Assembly (NCBI GenBank): GCA_963815455.1
Contig: CAWFGO010000003.1
Coordinates: 256,001-320,000, forward strand
Direction: 5' to 3'
Length of the DNA: 64,000 bases
Source of the DNA: an uncultured Verrucomicrobiae bacterium
GTDB taxonomy: Bacteria; Verrucomicrobiota; Verrucomicrobiia; Chthoniobacterales; UBA10450
In this document: one piece after another, positions 1 through 8,276 of the stretch
How positions within the stretch are numbered: position 1 is the first letter of the stretch
Layout: the number at the start of each line of letters is the position of its first letter
Position numbers and translations under genes: made by a program
The notes under the pieces: generated by a model
What the model saw: the letters and a program-made list of their open reading frames with translations, nothing else
What the model was told of the DNA's origin: nothing
Databases searched by the model: none

Positions 1-41
1 GCCGGATTGGCAACCGAAACAAGAACCTTGCTGTAGCGCGA

Positions 42-722
42 TTATTGCAGTGCTGGTGCCGTCCGAGCAGCATAACGGCCCGGATTCGTGCTCAAGGTCA
101 GATAGACTCGCTCTGCGGCGTTGCGCAGATCGAAATGAGCCGCCTTGCCCAAACCACTGGCGCGCAGGGTGCCAAGCTTGCCCTGGTATCCGCTGCCCCC
201 GGCCATATCGAATTCGTAAACCACCGTATGCCGTTCGACGTCCGTCACTTTCACGTGAATCGCAAGATACGAGCGGCCTGCTCCGAAATTTCCAAAGAAG
301 AATCGCCCCACCGGACTCCCACCGTCTACCGCCGTGAAATTACCTTCTATCAGCCAGCCTACCCGCGGTGATTCGTTGTCCTTGAGGATTCGCACCGGAG
401 CGATGCGCTCCAGCTCTTCCTTCATGTCTTCAGCAAGCTCGACCGGGGTCAACGCTTTGCGGATCGGCATTTCGCCATCGGAAGCGGCCAAGTCCCCCTG
501 GAAAACAGCGTTGTCGATGCAAAATGGCCGGATATAAATCGCCGCCGGATTGCTCGCGCCCACGCCGCAATTGGTGGTCATGTAGATGCCTTTTGAGAAG
601 TCTTTGCCATCGGTGGGAGCGGATGCACCGCCGCCCGGGGTAGCCACATCGGTTTTGGTGACAACCATGTTTGCGCAAGAGCAGAGGAACACGCTGGAGA
701 CGATGACGATAAACGATTTCAT
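42..722 (-). CDS. Putative lipoprotein, DUF4410-like
   Basis: ORF 42..848; likely ATG at 722 gives MKSFIVIVSSVFLCSC (lipobox-like). 'GSPVGRFFFGNFGAGRS' resembles DUF4410 proteins. Confidence 0.6.
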   Translation of the reverse strand: MKSFIVIVSSVFLCSCANMVVTKTDVATPGGGASAPTDGKDFSKGIYMTTNCGVGASNPAAIYIRPFCIDNAVFQGDLAASDGEMPIRKALTPVELAEDMKEELERIAPVRILKDNESPRVGWLIEGNFTAVDGGSPVGRFFFGNFGAGRSYLAIHVKVTDVERHTVVYEFDMAGGSGYQGKLGTLRASGLGKAAHFDLRNAAERVYLTLSTNPGRYAARTAPALQ

Positions 723-880
723 AATTAGGGAGCGATAAACGATTCGCGACCGCTGTCTGATGCAACTCTCGTGCCGTCCACGAGGGAAAAACGCTCCCCG
801 CGGCATGGGCTTCCGGCCCAGGTCCCATCGGCTGGAAGCCGATGCCACCTCTGGAGGGGAAGCTGACAGCTTCCCGCCGA

Positions 881-1393
881 TCAGTCCGCTTTATCTGCCG
901 TCTGCGACCGGCCGACCAGGAGCCGCATCAAAAAGTAAACGATCAGCGCTGAAGGAACCGCCAGGAAAACCGATCCGACCAGGGTGGGCCAGATCACTCC
1001 CGCGAATGCATGCCAGTGGAGATATTCGTGCAGCGGAAAATGTTTGAAATGAATTCGCTCGGGTAAGTGTCCATGCAACATCCAGTAGCCGATTTTATAC
1101 TCCGACCAGTAAATCGCCGGCATGAATGGCAGGATGATGTCGTGCAAGGTCACTGCGATGGCCGCTGCGATCTTGTTGCAGCGCGAAACCCACGCGACCC
1201 CGATGGAAAGCAGCGTCTTCAAACTCCAGAGCGGCGTGAATCCGAAAAAAATCCCAATGGCCGATCCCAGCGCAATCGAATGCGGCGTGTCGGCAATCGC
1301 CATCAGCGTCATGTGATGTTCGCTCAGCCAGCGCTTTCTTCGGGCAAAAAAATCCGGGAGTCGCGGCCCGTAGTTTTGCTGCTGCTTTTCCAC
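881..1393 (-). CDS. DUF2062 family membrane protein
   Basis: 'DTPHSIALGSAIGIFFGFTP' motif and hydrophobic segments. Confidence 0.8.
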   Translation of the reverse strand: MEKQQQNYGPRLPDFFARRKRWLSEHHMTLMAIADTPHSIALGSAIGIFFGFTPLWSLKTLLSIGVAWVSRCNKIAAAIAVTLHDIILPFMPAIYWSEYKIGYWMLHGHLPERIHFKHFPLHEYLHWHAFAGVIWPTLVGSVFLAVPSALIVYFLMRLLVGRSQTADKAD

Positions 1394-1426
1394 CCAACAA
1401 CCTAGGCTAAAATAACTCCGCTGTCT

Positions 1427-1517
1427 GGTGGATCGGCCGCTCCGCGGGCGATGCTACAAGTATGGCGGCCTTCGGCCGCGTAGAGTTTATCATCGTCTTC
1501 GGAGAAGCCGATCCACC
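1427..1517. repeat. REP/MITE-like palindrome family A (GGTGGATCG...CGATCCACC), copy 1
   Basis: Terminal inverted repeats; related copies at 23653, 36040 and 43728. Confidence 0.8.
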
Positions 1518-1602
1518 TTATTCCTGCAACGCGTGTGAGAGGTGGAACGCGTTGTCCCGAACGCGCTGGTAAGATAAAGCGGCTCTGCCGCCATTATTTG
1601 GC

Positions 1603-1626
1603 TGTAGGGCGTCTGTGTCAGACGCC
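1603..1626. repeat. GTAG-type REP hairpin (tgtagggcgtctgtgtcagacgcc)
   Basis: Identical 24-mer at 25666-25689. Confidence 0.75.
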
Positions 1627-1645
1627 GACATTCTCGATCCACCTT

Positions 1646-2590
1646 TCAAAATAGCTCCGGGGTCTCCGGAACCGGCGTAACCATCTGGCCGAGCGCCGCC
1701 CGCAAACGCGCCGCGGCCCGGGGCGCATAATCCAACGCGTTATTATTAAAGACGACGTGAACCTCTCGCGCTGCGCGAGCCAACCGCCGGCTGCGGTCCG
1801 CGACTTCGGCAATTTCTTCATCGCTGTAATCGTAATGAAAACGGGCAGCCACGGTTTTTCCGGTGAGATATGCCCGGGCATTGCGTCCGTGAAGCCGCAA
1901 GTAAGCCAGCCGCGGGTTCGTGACTTCATCGAGGCCTGACGGCATGATCGTGAAATGATCCGCCGCCGGAGCATCGATATTCACAAACGAAACGTTGCGT
2001 TCCCGCAGAAAATCAATTGTCGATCCTAGCTGATCGCCAATCGCCCAATTGCGATTTCGAAACTCAATGGCCAGCTGATAATCACGCAACGCGCCGATCA
2101 ACGGTTCAAGCTCGCCAAGTTGATGTTTCCCCGGCGAAAACGCCGGCGAAAGCTGCAACAGAAGAGCGCCCAGTTTTCCGGCGCTCAGCAAGATCGACAT
2201 CGACGGCAGAAAAGCTTCGATCATCGCCTCTTCCAGCTCCGGCGTGAGCACCGCTTTCCCCTTTCCATCGATCTCCGCTCGCTTCTGCAAATCCGGCGGC
2301 AACAACTTCACCGGCGCCGAATGACGCGATAGCAACTGATGCAGCTTCACGTCGAACGTGAAACCCTCCGGGGTGTTCCGGCACCATCGCTCGACCAGAC
2401 GCGGATCGGGCGCCGAATAAAAAGTCGAGTTCACCTCGACCATCTCGAACTGCTGCGCGTACCACCCGAGCCGATCCCCCGCCCGCATCCTCTTCGGATA
2501 CCAATGCTCGACAAAGCCTGGGTCCGACCAGCTGGCGGTCCCGACAAGAATCTTGCCGGCCTCTTTCGTGTCTGGGGATTCACGCACCAC
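1646..2590 (-). CDS. DUF72 family protein
   Basis: 'GTASW', 'VEVNSTFY', 'YLRLHGRN', 'FNNN' motifs. Confidence 0.9.
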   Translation of the reverse strand: MVRESPDTKEAGKILVGTASWSDPGFVEHWYPKRMRAGDRLGWYAQQFEMVEVNSTFYSAPDPRLVERWCRNTPEGFTFDVKLHQLLSRHSAPVKLLPPDLQKRAEIDGKGKAVLTPELEEAMIEAFLPSMSILLSAGKLGALLLQLSPAFSPGKHQLGELEPLIGALRDYQLAIEFRNRNWAIGDQLGSTIDFLRERNVSFVNIDAPAADHFTIMPSGLDEVTNPRLAYLRLHGRNARAYLTGKTVAARFHYDYSDEEIAEVADRSRRLARAAREVHVVFNNNALDYAPRAAARLRAALGQMVTPVPETPELF

Positions 2591-2679
2591 ACGTCAACGA
2601 AGTCGGGCGAAAACCAAACGCAAACGACATTCACCTGTTTTTCGGTTTGCGGAGACTCGACATCCCCGTATGATGAACG

Positions 2680-2756
2680 CGCGGGGTGGAGCAGCCTGGT
2701 AGCTCGTCAGGCTCATAACCTGAAGGCCGCGGGTTCAAATCCCGCCCCCGCAACCA
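2680..2756 (+). tRNA. tRNA-fMet (CAT), initiator
   Basis: cgcggggtggagcagcctggtagctcgtcaggctCATaacctga...cccccgcaacca; C1:A72 mismatch, CCA end. Confidence 0.97.
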
Positions 2757-2822
2757 ATTTACTTGCCGCGCCGACTCGGCTGCGCAAAGTTCACGCCGCC
2801 CATCGGGCGGCAAAAGGAACGA

Positions 2823-2897
2823 TCCAGAGTAGCTCAGTGGTAGAGCGGTCGGCTGTTAACCGATTGGTCGTAGGTTCGAATCCTACCTCTGGAGCCA
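2823..2897 (+). tRNA. tRNA-Asn (GTT)
   Basis: tccagagtagctcagtggtagagcggtcggctGTTaaccgattggtcgtaggttcgaatcctacctctggagcca; full cloverleaf. Confidence 0.97.
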
Positions 2898-3040
2898 GTT
2901 CGCAGTGCAGCTCTTGCCTGGATGAATCTGAAAAGTCCAAAGCGCGTGAGTCTAATCGTTGAAACCGGGGCAGCCTTCGCGTGGATCAATTGTTCTTTCA
3001 ACGCGACTTACGTGGCATGGACCAAGCTAGTCGTTAGCGC

Positions 3041-3781
3041 ATGCGCTTCTCCACGAGCCGGCGTTTCTCCTGCAACCCGGGGAAATTTACTCTATTGCTC
3101 CTGGTTTTGGCAGGCCTCACACCCGCAACTCTGCCCGCTCAAAATCTTCTCATCAACGGGGACTTCGAGCAGAACGATCTCACCACTTACCCCTCGTATA
3201 ATTCGTCCGGCGATTTCTCTAATCTACCGACCGGGCAACCCCTGCCCGGCTGGACATTCTATAATGTCGATCTTTACGGCCCGACCCAGCTTCCGCAGAA
3301 CGGGACTCAGTTCCTCGATCTGGTTGGTTACGGTCCGCTCACGGCGACGTTCTCGCTCGAGCAGACCTTTGCCACAGTGATCGGTATGGTCTACCGCCTC
3401 AATTTCTTTTACGGGAACAACGAACAGTTCGCTGACGAGGGCGGCATGGCCAGTTTTACCGCCTCGCTGATCGGTTCAGGAATACTTTGGAGTAGCGGCT
3501 TTACGCACGGCGGCGATACCCAGATGAACCGCGACTGGACCGAGTACACAATCGACTTCGTAGCAGACTCCTCCACCACGACCTTGATGTTCGTCGACAC
3601 GAGCCTGCTCCCGGCAACCTTCGACCCCAATGCCACGGTGGCTGGCGCAACTCTCGACAATATCAGCGTGATCGCGCTCCTGCCGGAGACCGGCGGGCGT
3701 CCTGCTATGTTCGTAATTTTGGGGGTTTGCCTGGCGGCGATTCTCGTCTCAAAACGCGCCGCTGGAATTCCGCGACCGTAG
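3041..3781 (+). CDS. Secreted PEP-CTERM/VPDSG-like sorted protein with carbohydrate-binding (DUF642-like) domain
   Basis: Signal peptide, 'NLLINGDFE', 'LDNISV', C-terminal LPETGG + TM + basic tail. Confidence 0.7.
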   Translation: MRFSTSRRFSCNPGKFTLLLLVLAGLTPATLPAQNLLINGDFEQNDLTTYPSYNSSGDFSNLPTGQPLPGWTFYNVDLYGPTQLPQNGTQFLDLVGYGPLTATFSLEQTFATVIGMVYRLNFFYGNNEQFADEGGMASFTASLIGSGILWSSGFTHGGDTQMNRDWTEYTIDFVADSSTTTLMFVDTSLLPATFDPNATVAGATLDNISVIALLPETGGRPAMFVILGVCLAAILVSKRAAGIPRP

Positions 3782-3904
3782 CCGTTCTTTCGCGCGGCTT
3801 CAGAACATGCAAAGTGCGCTTTGCCGTATCAAACGGGATTACTGATTGGCCCTTGCCCGCGGCTGGGGACTAGGCAAGTATACGCCACTTGATTCCTAAA
3901 AGAA

Positions 3905-3978
3905 TCCAGAATTGCTCAGCGATAGAGTCCCGACCGAACCGGAATCGGTCGTAGGGTCGAACCCTACGTCCGGAGCCA
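3905..3978 (+). pseudogene. Degenerate tRNA-Asn-derived copy 1
   Basis: tccagaattgctcagcgatagagtcccgaccgaaccggaatcggtcgtagggtcgaaccctacgtccggagcca aligns end-to-end with 2823..2897; anticodon arm replaced. Confidence 0.8.
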
Positions 3979-4088
3979 TTTTTTTAAGCACCTCACAGCG
4001 AGGAGCTTCTCCAGCTGGCAGGTCCGCTCGATTGCGCTACCGCCGAGCCTGACCGGGAAAAAAGCTCAGCCACGCGCTGTAGCTACCA

Positions 4089-5435
4089 CTACAATTCATT
4101 TTCATCATCCGGCTGCACAATTACCCGCTGATAAACTCGTGATTGCCGTTGACCATCTGCTGTGATGACAGTGAATCGATCGTTGATGATGTTTGATCCT
4201 GCTTCGCTCCACGTTCCATAGGCTAAATGGTCGAGCCAATGCGGTGATAGTTCCTCGTTCTTTTTCTCAACGAATTCTTTGGCAACGGCTTCACTTCCGT
4301 CTTCGTTAAACACCAAGTCTATCGAGCTATCCCCGGTACGACGCGCTAACACATAAAATCGTGGAGTTCCCTTCAATCCGAACTGTTGCCAGACGTGATT
4401 CATCTTGTTTTCAGTTCCCTTAAACATTGCATGAGAACGATCGCCTTTAACCCGCAACTCGACGGAGCGTCCATGCTGTTGGCTCTTCCAATCGGACAGC
4501 CACTTTTCACGCGATATAACTTCGCTGGCTTGTCTGAACTCCTGATCGAAAGCGTTCCACGTCTGGGCCGGTTTTCCCTCTTCTAAGTCAATGGCCCACG
4601 TCGCAGAATCCAGGAGATCGGGACGTTTCGAGCGCACATTGATCTGAAGCTCCTGGGAACCCTTCCAGAGGTTGATGCTTGCAAATGGAGCTGAGTATTT
4701 GGAACGCGCTTCGGTCCATCCGGGCATTTGATGCGCCATTCTCGACGCTCGAACGATGCTTATCAGTTCTTTGCGCTGCCAGATGGCAAGAAGAATTCCC
4801 AAAACTAAGACTGCAGCGACCAGAACCAATATCCCTCGTTTGAATGCGCCCCGGTATTTTGTTGTCTCGCCGAATGCCTCTAAATGTCCGCGACGTACAA
4901 ACAATACCAGAGCGATCGGCAAACAGACCATTGCAAGGCCAGCGACCCTGCAAAGCCACTCCAACCACGGGTGCGTCCACATCATTCCATCCAGTGCCGC
5001 CAGCTTCGTGTAGCTGCCAAACGCATTTAAACCGAGGACGATGGCGGAACCAACGGAGCCAACGAGCAGCAGCAACGTTGGCGCACTTCGGTGCTTCCGA
5101 AATAGCAAAACACAGCCAACGCTGGCGAGGACCCAGACAGTGAAATGGAACTGAGACGAGGAGACTAGATCATTAGCATGAATCGACAGACTAAAACCGA
5201 CGAGGGCGAGAACAGTAAGGCTGGGCCACGACGGCCAGCCCAGTAACGCAAAGAAAATCGTTAGAAGGTACCATGCAATGAGAGCCCAGAATTGAAAATC
5301 GACCTCGGGCCCGCGGTCAGGTAAGACGAACAACCATCCTCCCGAATAGACGAGAAGCGCCACAACGCCGTATGTCCACCGGGGCGGTCGCCACTGAAAC
5401 AGGGTGTTCATCGTGGAACGAGATGCATCCACCAA
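4089..5435 (-). CDS. Hypothetical multi-pass membrane protein with C-terminal soluble domain
   Basis: 448-aa ORF, about 7 hydrophobic segments; likely start ATG at 5411. Confidence 0.7.
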   Translation of the reverse strand: MVDASRSTMNTLFQWRPPRWTYGVVALLVYSGGWLFVLPDRGPEVDFQFWALIAWYLLTIFFALLGWPSWPSLTVLALVGFSLSIHANDLVSSSQFHFTVWVLASVGCVLLFRKHRSAPTLLLLVGSVGSAIVLGLNAFGSYTKLAALDGMMWTHPWLEWLCRVAGLAMVCLPIALVLFVRRGHLEAFGETTKYRGAFKRGILVLVAAVLVLGILLAIWQRKELISIVRASRMAHQMPGWTEARSKYSAPFASINLWKGSQELQINVRSKRPDLLDSATWAIDLEEGKPAQTWNAFDQEFRQASEVISREKWLSDWKSQQHGRSVELRVKGDRSHAMFKGTENKMNHVWQQFGLKGTPRFYVLARRTGDSSIDLVFNEDGSEAVAKEFVEKKNEELSPHWLDHLAYGTWSEAGSNIINDRFTVITADGQRQSRVYQRVIVQPDDENEL

Positions 5436-5457
5436 GTGTAACCAGAATCATCGACCA

Positions 5458-5748
5458 CTAGAAAGACAGCAATTCCATTTCCATTTCGGACGTGTACACC
5501 AATCCGCCCGGGCCAAACCCAGGCCGCCAATCATTTTCGATCGTAAGGATCATCCTCTGTCGAAAAAGCGCCATGCGCTCGAAAAATTGTCCTTTTCCTG
5601 TCCATCCCTTCCATTCTTTGCAGGTTCGGTAGACTCGGCTGAAAAGCGTGTGTCGAATTGCGTCTGTGACCTTCGTCCATTCCCACCCCGCGCCGAAACC
5701 CGCCCAGAGACGCCAACGCTTCAAACACTCGGGACGCTCCTTGGACAA
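5458..5748 (-). CDS. Hypothetical protein
   Basis: 96-aa ORF co-oriented just upstream of 4089..5435; no recognisable motif. Confidence 0.3.
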   Translation of the reverse strand: MSKERPECLKRWRLWAGFGAGWEWTKVTDAIRHTLFSRVYRTCKEWKGWTGKGQFFERMALFRQRMILTIENDWRPGFGPGGLVYTSEMEMELLSF

Positions 5749-5878
5749 ATACTTCCCTACCTATCCCGCATGTTCGCTAGGCATTCGCGTGACATGAATT
5801 CGACCCCATCCTGCCCGCGTTGCCAACTCCCGCGCCCGATTGATTTCGAATTCGGTTGCTTGGGTTGCAAAACCTTGC

Positions 5879-5948
5879 CAGTGGTAGAGTCCCGACAAAC
5901 ATCGGGATTGACCGATTGGTCGTAGGGTCGAATCCTACGTCCGAAGCC
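5879..5948 (+). pseudogene. Degenerate tRNA-Asn-derived copy 2 (5'-truncated)
   Basis: cagtggtagagtcccgacaaacatcgggattgaccgattggtcgtagggtcgaatcctacgtccgaagcc retains D-loop, variable and T arms of tRNA-Asn. Confidence 0.75.
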
Positions 5949-6003
5949 GCTTTTGCAAACCTTGCCGAATAAAAGTCCCTTCGTTTCCTTCTAAGAAGTG
6001 CCG

Positions 6004-7659
6004 ATGAGTCATCAAAAATTCTCCCGCCTGCCGCTCACCGGCCGAATTGCTCGGCGGGTCTTGCTTGGCCTCTTTATTGGAGCGCTCGTGCTGGGCGGGA
6101 TTCAGCTGCGGCAGTGGACCTGGCAGGAAACGGAGCACGTTCGTTTTCAGGGCGATCTGGTGAACGGTTTTTTCTGGGGCAGCCAAACACTGATCGAAGC
6201 GCGCAAGTTATCGCCCGATCCGGTCTTGGCCGATTCCTGGCCGGCGTTTTTCCAAGGCTACTTCGCGCTGTACGATCGCGTAAAGAGCGAGGCTTATGCC
6301 GATCAATACCATCTCGATTATCCGCCGTTGCGCCTGCTGGCGATGTCGATCTGGGCCAAGCAAGTACGCAAGGAATATCCCGGCGTGGATGATGGTCACC
6401 CGGATTACGTCGAACCGCTTCTGGCGGTAAATTTGGTTTGCGAACTCATTTCTGCAGCGGCGATTTTCTTGCTGGTGCGTCTTTGGGTGAACCGGGCGTC
6501 GGGCACCACTGGCTCCCGTTTTCTCCACCGATTGCCGGCAGAACATCGAGGATGGATTTGCGGTTTGGCGGCGGCAACTGTCGCCTGGTTCGAGCCATCA
6601 ACGATCCTCGACGCGCATGGCTGGCCTCAATGGGACGTTTGGATCGTGCCGTTTTACTTGCTGGCCGCTCTCGCCGCTTCGACAAAGCGGTGGTTTTGGT
6701 GCGGCTGCCTGCTCGCTGCAGGGGCGATGCTCAAGGGACAGTTGCTTCTGGTCGCGCCTTTTTTTGTTTTCTGGCCGCTGTGGCAAAAACGATGGGCTCA
6801 TGCGTTGCGCCTCCTCGCCGGTTTTGCCACAACGACTGCCGTGGTGGTTTCGCCATGGCTTCTGCGCACTCCAGAAGCGTGGAGTGCCGTTTTTCTGGCA
6901 GGCGTCGTTAGCGCCCTGGTTTTTCTCAAGCTCGGATCGCGAAATGCCGGTGCGTGGATTGCCGGCGCGGCAGCCCTGGCGGCGTTTGGCGTGGGGGTGT
7001 TTGCCGGTGGCAGTTTTGCCTGGCTTCAAATCGGTTTCCTCTATGGCAGCGAGCATTATCCATTTCTTTTCATCAGCTCATGTTACAACCTGCCTTCTCT
7101 TCTCGACGGTTTGGGCTGGTCGCTTAAATCCCCTTTGTGGTCGTATGAGTTTGGTTCTCGATATGTCAGCGTGACACCGCAATGGACGTTGCGCGTTCTT
7201 TATCTGGGGGCTCTGGCGCTGAGCGCACTCGGAGCTGCCCGACATGTTCGCCGACGCGACTCGCGTGTGCTCATCGCCATGGTCATGCCCTGGCTTTTGA
7301 TGTTCGCGTTGCTGGGCCAGATGCACGAACGCTACCTGATGTGGGGAGCGATCATCAGCGCCGTGGCGCTCGGTGTAAGCGTAAGACTCAGCCTGCTGCA
7401 CTTCATTATTTCCGCCGCTAGCACGACCATGATTGTGCACGTCATGTTGATCGATAAGAAACTTGATCCCACGCTGGGAGTAATCGATGCGCTTTACGGC
7501 GTGCGACCTTATGCGTCGATAATTGTGCTGGCATGCGTGGCCGCTTGTTTGTGGGATGTCCTCTCAACGCGTGCTCCCACGTTCCAACAGCGGCTCCGGC
7601 GATCGCGCGCAGCGGAGATGCCTGCGCTATCGCTTGGCCCGACGCCAGAGGAAGTCTAG
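6004..7659 (+). CDS. GT-C fold membrane glycosyltransferase-like protein
   Basis: 'DYPP' and 'MHERY' motifs, many TM helices. Confidence 0.65.
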   Translation: MSHQKFSRLPLTGRIARRVLLGLFIGALVLGGIQLRQWTWQETEHVRFQGDLVNGFFWGSQTLIEARKLSPDPVLADSWPAFFQGYFALYDRVKSEAYADQYHLDYPPLRLLAMSIWAKQVRKEYPGVDDGHPDYVEPLLAVNLVCELISAAAIFLLVRLWVNRASGTTGSRFLHRLPAEHRGWICGLAAATVAWFEPSTILDAHGWPQWDVWIVPFYLLAALAASTKRWFWCGCLLAAGAMLKGQLLLVAPFFVFWPLWQKRWAHALRLLAGFATTTAVVVSPWLLRTPEAWSAVFLAGVVSALVFLKLGSRNAGAWIAGAAALAAFGVGVFAGGSFAWLQIGFLYGSEHYPFLFISSCYNLPSLLDGLGWSLKSPLWSYEFGSRYVSVTPQWTLRVLYLGALALSALGAARHVRRRDSRVLIAMVMPWLLMFALLGQMHERYLMWGAIISAVALGVSVRLSLLHFIISAASTTMIVHVMLIDKKLDPTLGVIDALYGVRPYASIIVLACVAACLWDVLSTRAPTFQQRLRRSRAAEMPALSLGPTPEEV

Positions 7660-7691
7660 ATTGGCTGCGGGCGCGGACTAGACGCGTCGTC

Positions 7692-8273
7692 ATGTACCGC
7701 TTTCATCGCAAACATTACCTTTGGCTTCGCTACATTCCGCGAAAGAAGCATCTCGCCGGCGGACGTCTTCACTGGCTGCTCGGTGAAAAGCTTTTTGCCG
7801 CCGATTTGTGGAAGCCGACCCGGCGCGGGATCGCCGGCGGTCTCGCCCTCGGTCTGCTGATCGGGCTCACTCCGACAATGGGAGTTCAATTGCTGATCGC
7901 CGGAGTCTGCGCTTACGCGTTCAAAGTGAACATTCCACTCGCTCTGGCTGGCACCTTTATCACGAATCCGGTGACGGCTGCGTTCATTTACCCGCTCGAA
8001 TATCAACTCGGGCTCCGGCTGGCTGGCGCACCGGAGCCATCCGAGTTTGCCAGCTACTCGGATATGTTGCGCAGCTTCGCGAGTCACGCCAAGCCGCTTT
8101 GGGTGGGGAGTCTTGTGGCCGGTGGCCTGATCGCGGCAACTGCATATGGCCTGGTTTCTCTTCTCTGGATCGAAGCGCGCCACCTGCACGAGGCGATCCA
8201 GAAACATTCCGATGAGCCCGGTCGTCGACCGGTTACCGAGGCGACTTCGACAAAGCGGTCCGATCCAAAGTAA
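7692..8273 (+). CDS. DUF2062 family membrane protein
   Basis: 'RRGIAGGLALGLLIGLTP...ITNPVT' motif. Confidence 0.8.
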   Translation: MYRFHRKHYLWLRYIPRKKHLAGGRLHWLLGEKLFAADLWKPTRRGIAGGLALGLLIGLTPTMGVQLLIAGVCAYAFKVNIPLALAGTFITNPVTAAFIYPLEYQLGLRLAGAPEPSEFASYSDMLRSFASHAKPLWVGSLVAGGLIAATAYGLVSLLWIEARHLHEAIQKHSDEPGRRPVTEATSTKRSDPK

Positions 8274-8276
8274 TCA

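Noticed and set aside
2707..2723. A-U pair replacing the first of three G-C pairs in the initiator tRNA anticodon stem
   Set aside because: This is a known natural variant of bacterial initiator tRNAs.
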